Shown in pieces: positions 39,760 through 52,500 of a stretch of DNA of 64,000 nucleotides; the stretch's first letter is position 1, and each line of letters begins with the position of its first letter. The notes beneath the pieces are model-generated. The model made no database searches and had not been told where the DNA came from. It was given only the letters and a program-made list of their open reading frames with translations. Position numbers and translations under genes: made by a program. This DNA comes from Octopus bimaculoides (Eukaryota), in assembly GCF_001194135.2 (NCBI RefSeq), contig NC_068998.1, positions 24,282,325 through 24,346,324 of the forward strand, read 5' to 3'.

Positions 39760-42700
39760 AATATTGCTTTCAATTTTGGTGCAAGGCCAGCGATTTTGAG
39801 AGCAGGGATAAATTGATTACATTGACCCCAGTAGTCAACACTTTCTTATTTTGTCAACCTTGAATCTGAACACAAAAGATAGCCCAGCATGCTAACACTT
39901 CTGCCAGTTTGCCACCTTTCAATACTGAAATACCAGACAGTAAAGTGAGTATCAGCATATTTAATGGATGGGACATTAAAATCTAAAATAAGATCATTTA
40001 TGTAATGAGAGAAATACAACAATTAGTTGATGATTAATATAATTGTTTTCATTGTTGTTGTTGCTATTTAGCCCTGGTTCAGGTTAATCCTAACAGAACA
40101 GACATTTGATCAAAGGAACTCCAGCCATGATCATTTATTTTTTAATATATATTTTGAATGAAATTATCAAATGTTTCCTTCCTTGTTTAAAATTATGAAG
40201 TGAAACTTGAAGAAGTGTTGTCAGTATTTCTAGCAGGTTGTACTACTGTATTTATGGCTAACTACCTCAGTGGATTGATTTAATATATGGTCGAATATTT
40301 GAAGAAAGAAAAATATTTGCTGATGATAATATAACTTTCCAGCATTTTCTGAAATCTCAGAGATTAAGATCAAGGACAAACCTACAGAAAAGCTACACTG
40401 AGGGAGCAAGACACTGAGGAAGTTCAATGCTGACATAAACATTACCAGCTATATAAACAATTATGGGGGAAGCTATAGAAAAGGACAAAACCATGACTAA
40501 TAATAAGATTCTTATCTAATTCAATAATAACAATAGTAATTTCTAACATTGGTACAAGGCCAGAAATTATAGAAGGAATGAGTCAATTACATTGATCCAA
40601 TATTTGTTTGGTACATTATGTAAGATAAAGATGACCAAAGCTAGGTTTGAACTCAGAATGTAAAGAACCAAAATAAATACTGCAAGGCATTTTTCCCAAC
40701 AACAATGCTTCTGCCAATACACCACCTTTTGTAATTATTGCTTCAAACATAGGCACAAGGCCTGAAGTTTGGTAGGAGTGAGTTAGTTGAATAAATCATC
40801 CCTTAAATCTTATTGAGCCTGAAAGGATGACTGAAAAAGTTTATCTCAGCAAGATTTGAACTCCCAATATAAAGAAAGAGCTGGAATAAATAGCTCTAGT
40901 CATTTTGTCTGACCTTGTGCTAATTCTGCCCAACAGCTGCTCACTAATAGTTGTTTCTAACACAGAGCACAGATATGGGGCCTAAATTTAGTAGGAGGGG
41001 TTAGTCAATTAAATCAACAAGTGTACTTTACCATTATAATATTATATCAAACCCAGACAGATGAAAGACAAAGTTGACTTTAATGGGATTTGAACTTCAA
41101 ACATAAAGAAGTGGAAGAAATGCCACAAGCTACTTCATATCCAACATTCTAATGATTCCACCAATTCATCACCTTCAATATAGACCTAAGGATTGTTCTT
41201 TTTGGGTTTTTTTTTTTTTTTGGTTTTTTTTTTGCAGTAGGATGGAATAATCAATAACCTGGTACTTTATTTATTGTGCCAAATAGGATGAAAGACAAAG
41301 CTGACCTCTGAATTTTGAACTCAAAATTAAGACAGCTACAAGAAATGCTGATACTCTAACAATTCTGACAATCTACTGTTCTTTAACAATTGTTTCTCAT
41401 ATTAGCAAAAAGCCAAAAATTTCAGGGAAGAGGGGTAGTCAATTAAATTGGCTCCAGTATTGAATAGTATGGTGTCATCTCATAAATCATGCGGTTTTTT
41501 TCAATTGCATGAATTAAGTAGGAGGGGGATGGGATAAACTACCTGCATCAACTTGCTATAGAAACAGGTAGTAATTTTACCTTGCACTTATTCTTAGAAC
41601 AAGTTTTCAAGAGTGCTGTTCAATTTTAACAGTTGTTTTCCCAAAGCTATAATGGAAGTGACATAGGAACATATTCGGCATATTCTGCTTTATAAGCTCG
41701 ATATAAGCAGCAACACAATGGAAAGTGCAAGGAATATAAATGCAATATATAGGGATCGGACAATTAGCATAAGCCAATGTCAATGGTGGTTCCAGAAATT
41801 TCAAGTCAGAAACTACAGCCTAGAAGACGAGCCTCAGCTTGGAAGATCTGTAGAGCTCAACAGGGACATCCTGCAAACTCTGTTGAGGAAGTAGCTGAGA
41901 AACTTGGATTTGGTCATTCAACCATTCAACACCTGCCTGCCATCAGAAAAATCAGCAAATTGGGTCAATGGGTTCCTAACAAACTTTCTGAGTCTAATCG
42001 CACCCAGAAAGTGAATGCTTGCTCTTCTTTGCTGTCATGTCTCACAAATGAACCTTTTTCGGGCTGAACAGTGACTGGTGATGAGAAATGGCTTCTCTAT
42101 AAAAATGTCAGGCCCCAAAGACAGTGGGTAGTGAAAGGAGAAACACTGGCACTCTAGGCTAAAGAAGGTCTTCACCCATGTAAGGTGTTGTTATCTGTTT
42201 GGTGGGATATGAAAGGTTTAGTCCACTTCGAAGTTTTAAACTCAAACCAAATGACAACAAAGGAGACCTACGGTGAGCAGCTTAAGTCAGTGATAGAAGA
42301 AACATGACCATCTTTGGTTTCAAGACGAAAGGTGTTTTTCTATCAGGATAATGCTTGGCCACATACAGTGAGGATGACATTCCAAGGGCTGGAGCAGCTT
42401 GAATGGGAAACAATGCTCCACCCACCATATTTGCCGGACATTGCCCCATTTGATTATCATTTATTCAGTAGTCTTCAAAATTATTTGGATGCAAAAAATA
42501 TGAATTCTGTAGATGAGGTCAGAACAGTACAGGAGGAGTATTTTTCGTCATGGACAAATGAATTTTGGAAGAAGGGCTTTGCAAGTCTACCAAAAAGATG
42601 GAAGTGCATTGTAGAAAATGAAGGAGATTATATTTGAGATTAGAAAAAGAACTTTTGTTTATCTTAATTTTGAAAAATAAAAGAAGTATTAAAAAACCGA

Positions 42701-43690
42701 TTTATTTATGGGATGACCCAATACTTTATTTTATTAACTCCAAGAGGGAGAGGCAGGAAAAAAAAGTTAATCTTAACAGGATTTGGATTCAGAAACGTAA
42801 GTGCTAGAACAAATACCACAATAACTCATTTTGTCCAGTGCTCTCATATTTCTATAAATTCAGTGCCCTAAATAATTATTTCTAATACAAGCACATCATG
42901 GAGCCAACAAGCACTGAGTGTGAAATTTAGAAGGAAGGTTTACCTAATTGAATCAACTTCAATACATTTGTGGTATTTTATTTTATTAGCCCTGATAAGA
43001 TGAAATGCAAAGCTTATTTCAGAGGAATATCAAAACAAAATGTGTAGGGCCATCACAATATACGGAAAAGTTATTTCAGTTCTATAAAAAAATAATCCAT
43101 TTTACTAAAGGCCTGAAATTATAGGGGAAGGGGGCTAGTCAATTTCATCAACCCCAGTACTTGACTGGTACTCATTTTATCAATTCCAAAAGGATGAAAG
43201 GCAAAGTCGATTTTGAACTCAGAACATACAGTCATGAGATCATATGTCATAAGATCACCATGTCATGCACATGTGGTTGTGATGTATGTGCCCTTATCAG
43301 ACAGGTAGTCATGATGGACATATTGGGCTTTGTATATTTGTACCCCATTGTCACTTCGATAGTATGCATTACTCTCTCATTCTAGCTGGAGAAGAAGAAG
43401 AAGAAGAAAAAGATTGAGGACAATGACCACCACCACTACCATAACAATAACAGCAAGAATGCTGACAGTAATTATAATGATTTCCATAGGCCGTGCATTT
43501 TAGGAAAAAGGTATAATCACAATATATAATAATTGTTGTACTGGACATTATTTCATCAATGATTCAGTAGGACCAAAGGCAAAGTTGGCCTTAGCAGGTT
43601 TTAAACTCAGAACATAAAAAGATCTAACTATGTACCGCAAGACATTTTGTCCATTTTTCAATAAATTATGGCAATCTGCTGCAAGTAGAA
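39760..43690 (-). mobile_element. Cluster of about seven decayed minus-strand family A SINEs around the mariner
   Basis: TACTxATTTTAT...GATGAAAG(G/A)CAAAG...TTTGAACTCAGAA recurs at about 39800, 40600, 40800, 41050, 41280, 42750, 43170 and 43560. Confidence 0.7.
41470..42721 (+). mobile_element. Full-length inactive mariner transposon (DD34D)
   Basis: About 30-bp imperfect TIRs (TGGTGTCATCTCATAAATCATGCGGTTTTTT / AAAAAACCGATTTATTTATGGGATGACCCAA) flanked by TA. Motifs EHIRHILL, WVPNKL, VTGDEKW, QDNAWPH and HPPYLPDIAPFDYHLF; 34 residues between the second and third D; frameshifts and stops. Confidence 0.93.
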
Positions 43691-46600
43691 CAGAGGAAAG
43701 AAAGAATCTTTCATTGTTGCTGGAAGGGAGATATGAACTAGCAAGATTTGAACTAAGTAAGCTATCTAGTTCAACGTTCTATGTTTTTGTCATTTCACTA
43801 GCAATCAACACTATATTAAACTACTTTCTTTTTCTTTCCTCCATACAAAGGCATTTAACAAGGCCAATTTTGAAATTATAGAAAATTAGTGAATGAAAAA
43901 GAACTTTGATAGTTTCTACAGAACAATCTAAAGTTTTGTTTATAATGCTCCCAAAATATCTTTATCTAAAAGGTCAAAGAATTACAGACTCAAATTTGAA
44001 TGCTGCACTATAATTTACTTTGAAGAAAGTAAATTTATTTTTACATCTTATAATAGCAAATAACTTCCAATTTATATTGAAATATTTTTAAGATCAATGA
44101 AAATAGTTAAAGCTCTTTTAATTTTAACAGAAAATTATTTCTATTGTGTTCAGTATCTATTTTCTAATAATTGTTTATTCTTTCCTGCCAGTAAGATTCA
44201 ATAACAAAAGTTCTATCAACTAAGAATGGCGCTGACGTATTATTTCAGTATTTTATTTCCATACATTTCCTGTTGTACATATAACAAATTTGTAAGCATG
44301 AATTCAAGTGCCACTCTATGTGTATTTTCAACACAGAAACCTTATTTGGTATTCCTAATTAGCATATATATATATGCATTAGACTGCATATGGTTGAGTG
44401 GATAAGATATTAGACAACTAGCAAAGAGGTTACTAGCTTGAATTGCATCATTGGCGTTATACTAAGTCTGTTGTCAAGGCATTTCACTCACATATGACAA
44501 ACACAACTCAGCTGAAAATAGTGGCTTCAGCAGTAGCAAAACTTACAAAGGAGCATTTGTAAGTTTATGGCACTATGCTCAATTTTTGCCTTAGTTAAAG
44601 CTTGCACAGTGAAAAGCATTTCCAAAAGAATCTAATTAAACAAGATATATTAATTAAGGTAATTTGCAGTGGTGTTTAGAGAACTCTACAAAGGAGCTTA
44701 CGGTTGGTTGCTTTGAGTTGATGAGTAAAAGAACCTGATGACTGGAAGGGTTTCTCTTTGTTCAGAGTAAGAACGTAAGATAAATCATATTTTCTCAAGT
44801 ACTGTTGTAAGCAAATTGGTTAAAGCAGTGTTTCTAACAGAAGCAGATAACCGTGAGGATTGAAAAAGTGGCAGATGAAAGAACTATATGGATAGAAACT
44901 CCATTCGTCTTCTCATTTATAATGTGTGAAGGGGAAAGGTAAAAAAAATTCACTGATGTCTTGAGGAGGCCTTATATCAGACAGAATGAGAAGTACTGAG
45001 ATAAAGGCCTTTCTTTACAATATGCGTTGTTATGGAATAACCTAGGGTCAATCCTGACACTATATATCTTTGCTTGTAAATGTCATTGTAGCATCAGCAC
45101 CAGAAGCAGCAGTAGTGGTAGTAGTTTTTACTCATGCATATAGTGTTATGCTTATTCTAAGTCTTGCTATGTGCTATAATGTAACAATTCATATCCTCTC
45201 AATCAATGTCTTCAAGATTCTTCTTCTCTATGAAAGTAATTTCAGTTCACTTACATGATACAACTGTCTTTCAGAAAATCAAAAAAAAAATATATATATC
45301 ATTAAAATTACATTTTTTATAAATTTGTGGTTTTCAACCATGAAAATGTTTTAAGAAACATATATTTAAATAAATAAATATGAAAAAGAAAGAGAATTAT
45401 TCATACATCTGTCTAATGTACCCATCTCTGAGTAACTACATGTAAAAGTGTATACATATTAAAACACACAGATATCTATCAATAATTGAATTGCAAAACA
45501 GCTATGTATAATTTTGAAAATGATACACAAAGTATACAGACTTCACCTGAAGAGAATGCACTGACAACAATATAATCTGTGTTAGCTTCTTGCGTGTGAT
45601 CTTGCAACAAAGTATTTTCATAATGGATCGTTAATGTTCAGCATCATTAGAAGTAGGTGTGCATATTCCTAATATTTATTTGACTGAGTATCACAAATAT
45701 TTATTTCACTCAGAGCAAAATTAATTTCTATACAGAATTCAAAACATTTGTCGAGCTGTGTATTATGATATCTCATTAGTTAAAAGTAGGCAAGATGTTA
45801 GGGAAGTTTTGGAGGAACTTGAATAATACATATTCAAGTAATGTACAGAGATTATGTTCAGCCTACTTTGCTCACGCTTTTTTTCAAAATATTTCAAAGA
45901 GATTTCAATTCAAGCACTGTGGAGCAACAAATCAGTTGCAGCCTGTACTGATTCTGGTTTTCACCTGTCTTACAAGTTACTTGGCAACCACACTGGTGCT
46001 GGTGGTACAAAAATAATGTGACTGGCATTAGGTAAGGCATCCAACCAGAGAAATCATACCAAAGCAAACATTGCTGCATAGACCACAAAGCAATTCTCCT
46101 TTCTTTTCAATACTGCTAAGCCATCTGACCCATGCCAGTATGGAAGACAGACATTAAAAGATGGATGACAAGGAAAATGATGACACATGCATACACATAG
46201 ACCCACACTTACACTTCATACATACGTACATACAAACACACACACACACATACATACATGTGTGCCTGTATGTATGCAAATATGTATTCTTTTATTCTTT
46301 TACTTGTTTCAGTTATTTGACTGCAGCCATGCTGGAGTACTGCCTTTTGGTAGGAAAATTGACCCCCAGGACTTATTCTTTGTAAGCTTAGTACTTATTC
46401 TATCAGTCTCTTTTGCCAAACCACTGGTTTACAGGGGCGTAAACACACCAACATAGGTTGTCAAGTGATGGTGGGGAGACAAGCACAGACACACAAATAT
46501 ACATATATCTATATATACAATAGGCTTCTTTCATTTTCCATCTACCAAATCTACTCACAAAGCTTTGGTCATCCCAAGGATATAGTAGATGACATTTACC

Positions 46601-48099
46601 CAAGGTGCCATGCAGTGGGACAGAACCTAAAACCATGTGATTGGGAAGCAAGCTTCTTACCACACAGCCAGACCTGTATCTTTATGTTCCAAGAATATCT
46701 TGTGACAGTGGTTTAGTATTTTCGTAAATCAGTATTCTCGTAAACATTTTAATGTTTTTATGTATATTAATTTCTTCTTTAACTAGTTTCAGTCATATCC
46801 ATGCCCAAGTATTGTCTTCATAGGTTTTAGTTGATTATATTCATCTGAGTACTCATCTCATAGATCACAAGCCAACACCTCAGTTCAGTTTGGTCCAACT
46901 CTAACCGATACACCTGGTCATTCCTCTGAAGTACATCAACCTTCAGGAATTACCTTTCTGCTTATGCCTTTCAAAATTACCAGTTTAAATGAATCATTGA
47001 TATGATCAATCTCTTTATTGAGGGCCTGCAATGTCCATGGACACTGAATATTCTTCCAAATCAAGTATTATTGATATAATAAGCATATGTACTCGCTGTA
47101 TCCAAAATATTGAGTTTGGGTTATGTAAAATATATTTCAAAATATTTTTGCAGCTAAAAGGCAGCAAGCCAGGCAAAATGCTTAGTAGCATTTCGTCCAT
47201 CTCTAGATTCTGAGTTTAATTTCATGTTGAGGTCAACTCTGTCTGTCATCCTTTCAGAGATCGATAAAAATAAATACTAGTTGAGCATTTGGGTCGATAC
47301 CCCACCCACTGAGCTATATTTCTTACATTTAAATATACTCACACACAAAGATAGGCAAAAACTAGTGGTTCATGATCAAATAGAGGAAAAATTCAAAATA
47401 GACAACAGGTAAATTGTACAGGACATGACAAGACACAAATATGGATGCTACTCTTGCCTCATCATCTATCGACTGAAGATCGAAGCTGTCTTGAGACATT
47501 GTGAATAGAAATCTTCACTTCAGAATGCCAGAAGATTTATAGCAAAAGTTACAGAGGAAGAGTGCGAGAAGAACTGGTCAACAAAATGTGACACAAGAAT
47601 ATGAACACTTAGGAAAAATTAGGTACAATAAATTATTTAGTCAGTCAGCTAACAAAACAAAATAACATAATTGGTTTCAAATTTTAGCATAACGCCCACA
47701 ATTTTAGCGGAGGGGCATGTAAATTATATCAACTCCAGTGTCTAGCTGGTACTTATCCTATTGACCCAGAAAGGATGAAAGGCAAAGTTGACCTCGGTGC
47801 AATTTGAACTCAGAACACTAAAGATGAATGAAATTCCACATAGCATTTTGTCTGGCATGATAATGATTCTGCCAGTTTGCTGTTTTAAATGACATTTATT
47901 ATTAAAAAGTGAGAGTCTATTGACTGGTGTGGAAAGAAAAGCAAAAAAAAAACAGGAACAATCGTGTACAAATGCAACACAAAGAGAAAAATTGTTGAAA
48001 TTAAGAGGAAAATAGATACTGATCATCAGACGATATTCCTTGAACAAAGAAAGAAATATTGTGGAGATTAACAGGCGATGAATCCAAGTTCAAAAAACA

Positions 48100-48800
48100 C
48101 ACATGGATCCAACATCATCCCTCATTTTGAATCCGGGATTTGTCCCCATTAACGAGGGTGGTCAGATCTACCTCAATACCATAGCATCTGCCCTCACATC
48201 ATCTCGCTATCTTGCCCAGTTTTGGGCATCCTCCCTTCTCAAGCCAACCCTCCTAGTCTCCTCCTCCACCTGTCCCCTCCACATTTTCCTCAGCCTACCT
48301 CACTTTTGCTGTCCATTTACTTCAAACACTAGCACGCTCTTCATAATATGCTTCTCATCCCTCTTTAACACATGCCTATACCACTGCACTCCATTCGTCC
48401 TTGCCAGTCATTTCACTGATTCCTCCAACCCCAGCCTCAGTCCTCCTCTTATCAAAACAGCCTCACGCCACACATTTCTCTCAGCAGTGCTCTCTCGGTT
48501 CTTCTCAAAATTGTCATCTCTCTCTTTCTCTCTCTCTCAAATACCATGTCTCACTCCCATACAGCATTGCAGCTCTCACACAACTCCTATAGACCTTTCC
48601 TTTCGTCTTCAATGAGAACCTTTTCCCATATCATAACGCTTCACATTCCCTGAACTTCACCCAGCCAAGTCTTGCTCTTGCTGTCACAGCAGCTTCACAT
48701 CTACCACTTACATCCACCCTCTCACCCAAATAACAAAACCCCCTCACTGTCTCCACCTCATCACATGGTGTTTCCACCGACTTCGCTAACCCTCCAGCTC
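48100..48800 (-). mobile_element. RTE (BovB-like) LINE 3' portion
   Basis: EVETVRGFCYLGERVDVSGRCEAAVTARARLGWVKFRECEAL...GKVYRSCVRAAMLYGSETW. Confidence 0.9.
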
Positions 48801-48880
48801 CATAGGAAATCAGAAAGGCAATGTGGGAAAAGTTACAAGAGAGAGAGAGAAGAAGAGACAGAGAGATGAACAAACAAGAT

Positions 48881-48916
<36 letters not shown>

Positions 48917-49202
48917 AAGATAAAAGGAACAAAAAGGTGTTTGAGAAATAAAATAAGATATTAATGTAGACAAAAAAAGGACATGTGGTGTTACAATTAA
49001 ATAGTAAAATGTTAAGCACAAACAGTATGTAAAATGCACAGGAGAAGATAAGGTAAGACACAAATATGGCTACCACTCTAAACCACATAGCTGTCAATTG
49101 AAGATCAAAGCAATTTCAACACATTATCTATAGGATTTCTCACTTCAGAATTTCATCAGGGAATGGGGGTGTAAGGCACAACAAAAACTTGTGTGTGTTC
49201 AC

Positions 49203-49636
49203 TTAACTATTTAGCATTCAGATAACTCTGTCAAAAGTAATGCTTGTTTATTCAAATTGTTTTGAATCAATCATGCATAATCTCACAGCTTTGAGGTTCC
49301 AATGATGTGATTGTTTATTTTTTAAAATTACATTGTAGCGGGGTTTGATGGGCCAGATTTGGTTGGCTTGAACATAACACAGGTTGAGTACTGAAGCTAG
49401 ATTTTGCCAGTTTAACTCTTTAACATTCAGGTTACCTCATCAAATGTAAGGCTTATTTATTCACATTGTTTAAATTAATAATTCGTTATCTTGTAACTTT
49501 TGAAACTTTGATATGATTATATATTATTAGAATGACATTGTAAGGTAGGTGTGAGAGTAGAGATCTGACCAGTTTGAACATAAAACAGGTTGAATATTTG
49601 AGCTGGATATGGCTGGTTTAAATACTAAAGGGTTAC
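49203..49636. mobile_element. Two tandem copies of a ~215-bp piggyBac-type MITE
   Basis: Starts TTAACT(A/C)TTTA(G/A)CATTCAG at 49203 and about 49412; ends AAATACTAAAGGGTTA (TTAA/CCC-type ends); partial copy at 32808. Confidence 0.55.
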
Positions 49637-50096
49637 AACTTAAAAGATTAAGTGACAAAAAAAAAATTATTAAGCACTATTATAATGAATTTATAAATAA
49701 ATATGACTTATAATAGCAGTATCTGCAGAAATTCTATGGTTAGTTTGAAAACTGTAAAATAGTTGGAAGTCTAAAGACAACCATGAAATATATATTTATA
49801 TATGCAGAGATATAATGACATAAATATATGCATACAAACATCTCTTACATTTTGCTTCTTGTTTGTTTTATTTAGTCATTGGACTGTGGCCATGTTCAGG
49901 CACCACTCTGAAGGGTTTTAGTCAAATCAACCGCAGTACTTGTGTTTTCAAGCTTGGTATTTACTCTACTGGTCTCTTAAGTTGAACAAACCAACACAGG
50001 TTTTCAAGTGGTGGTGGAGGACAAACACAAAGCCACTCACATATATGCATACATACACACACACAAATGTGTGTGTGTGTATATATATATATAGAA

Positions 50097-50159
<63 letters not shown>

Positions 50160-51060
50160 AAGAGAGAGAGAGAATGGAGAAAAAGAAGAGAGAGAGATCT
50201 ATACAAATACACACACACACATGTATGATGATGATGATGATATAAAATGGGCTTCTTTCAGTTTCCAGCGACAAAAGCCATTTACAAAGCTTTGGTTAGC
50301 CCAGGGTTATAGTAGAGGACATTTACCCAAGATGCCACACAGAGGGACTGAACCTGGAATGTGTGATTTGGAAGCAAACTTCTTACCACACAGCCATGCC
50401 TGCACTGATATACATACGATTTTTGCATTCATATAGTGGACTTTCAGCACATTGTTATTTTATATACTAAGATACACTGCCATTTTAAAAATACTTTACA
50501 CAAACAGAGAGGCGGGGGAGTGAGAGGATGAAATATTCGGCAGGCCCCGCATATCTTTCTTCTCCTGACATTAATAATAAGTACATATTTATATATAATT
50601 ACTGGAGAGAATGTCATTCTAGATATCTGCACCTCTGCAAGCTATAATCCTATGAGTGAAACAAATATTTGCAAATAGAAGAAGATAAAATGAGATAAAT
50701 ATGACTGAGCATTTTATAATTAGAGTTAAACATATGATATATTTAGAATTCTATTATTATTGTCAGGTCCATATGTAAAAAAGATGTCTTTCTAAAGCTA
50801 TTCGACAGTGTTTAAAGTGCTTTGTAGTGTTTATACATCCCAGTAGACATAATAAAATGTGGAACTTAAAAGGGTTTGTTTTTGAAGCTTTCAAACATGA
50901 AAAAAATCATTCCCGCCTCAAACAGCTTGTCTTTTCAGCAGTCATAGTCAACACAGAATTAAATGTCCTTCCATTTAAACTAAGGCAGGGTGAAATTTGA
51001 GACAGATTTTGCTGTTATTCTAGAAGGGCGGCTGACAACATAGAGTAAATATAATTGTTT

Positions 51061-51272
51061 GATTAAATAGATTTAATGAATTGAATTAAATAATTGAATC
51101 CAACAGTATGGAATAATCTAAATTGGAGTCTACAACACTGAAATTTCGATTAGTTTATTGTAATAATCTAATCAAAATTTCAATGTTGCAGACTTCAGTT
51201 TTGAATATTCCATACTATTAGATTCAACTCCAATTTAGGTTATTTAATTCAATTGATTAAATCTGTTTAATC
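51061..51272. repeat. ~210-bp AT-rich fold-back (MITE-like)
   Basis: 51061-51153 pairs with 51168-51272, e.g. GATTAAATAGATTTAATGAATTGAATTAAATAA versus reverse complement GATTAAACAGATTTAATCAATTGAATTAAATAA. Confidence 0.85.
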
Positions 51273-51804
51273 ACTTAATCAATATAATCTTCCTTATATA
51301 AATCTACAGGAAGATTATATTAGAGTAAACAAAGTACGCATACACACACTGACACAGACAGACACATACACTGTGGCACACGCTCATTTATGCAGATACA
51401 ATTATCTTTCATTTGTTTCAGTCGTTGCGGCCATGCTGGGGCACTGCTTTGAAGAATTTTTAGTCAAATGAATCAACCCCAGTACTTACAATTTTTTTTT
51501 TTTAAACCTGGTACTTCTTCTACCTGTCTCTTTGGCTGAACTGATAAGTTATGAGCATAAACACAGACAATGACAAGACTGGTCAAACACTCATACACAC
51601 ACACACAGATAGATATATATATATATGCAACAGGCTTCTTTCAGTTTCCATCTACCAAATCCACTCACAAGGTTTTGGCCAAGCTAGAGCTATAGTAGAG
51701 GACACTTGATCAAGGTTCCACATAGTGGGGCTGAACATGGAACCATATAGTTGGGAAGCAAATTTCTTACCCACACATGCCATATATATATATGTATATA
51801 TATA

Positions 51805-52000
51805 AAGGCTTACTACAACTCTCGGCAAGAGAGGCAGAGTGTTGTGAAAGACTCATCAAAGCCGCAAATGTACAAGATGCTATGGCAGGCTGTACAGGAG
51901 ACAAGTCGCCAGGCTTGGATGGCCAACCCTACGAACTCTATTGTCATACGCCAGACTTGTTTGGAGGCATCTTGGCAGCAAAAAGAGAGTATCCCCGTTT
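51805..52000 (+). pseudogene. Tx1/L1-clade LINE RT N-terminal fragment embedded in TA repeats
   Basis: EAECCERLIKAANVQDAMAGCTGDKSPGLDGQPYELY: the K-S-P-G-x-D-G-x-P-x-E motif. Confidence 0.8.
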
Positions 52001-52127
52001 CTGCTATATATATATATATATATATATAATATAAATAATATATAAATATAAATAATATATAAATATATGCATATATACATACATATATGTACATACCTAC
52101 ATATATATGTATATATACATGCATATA

Positions 52128-52500
52128 TGGGTACAGGAAATCAAAAAAACATTAAACACAATGAGAAATGAAAACATAAAAACAAAAACATAGAAAACAA
52201 ACATTTTTTCGAACAATGAAAAAAACAAACAGAGAAACGAGACATGCAACATAAAGAGTAAACCCCTTCTTTAGTTGTCCCTGTTTCATCTACTCTGCGT
52301 TTCGAAGGTAAGGACAATACGCAACTTTGTTGAAACAGTCCTTGCCGCAAAGCAAATTAAATAAAATTTGGGATTTTTGCGGAAGGTGAAAGTGTTAACA
52401 AAACAGGACAGTGAGAGCAAGACAGTAAAAACAAATGGTGAGGGCTGTTGAGTCAAGACGATAGAAAAATTATTATGAATGCTAGGAGGACGAGCCATGA
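52128..52500 (-). mobile_element. Interspersed repeat, possibly a Penelope-type terminal repeat
   Basis: Minus strand CCTTCGAAACGCAGAGTAG followed by a T-rich tail, typical of PLE-like ends; no coding evidence. Confidence 0.35.

Noticed and set aside
52262-52320. Second hammerhead (type II permutation) on the minus strand
   Set aside because: The core reads CTAAAGA and no convincing stem I can be formed
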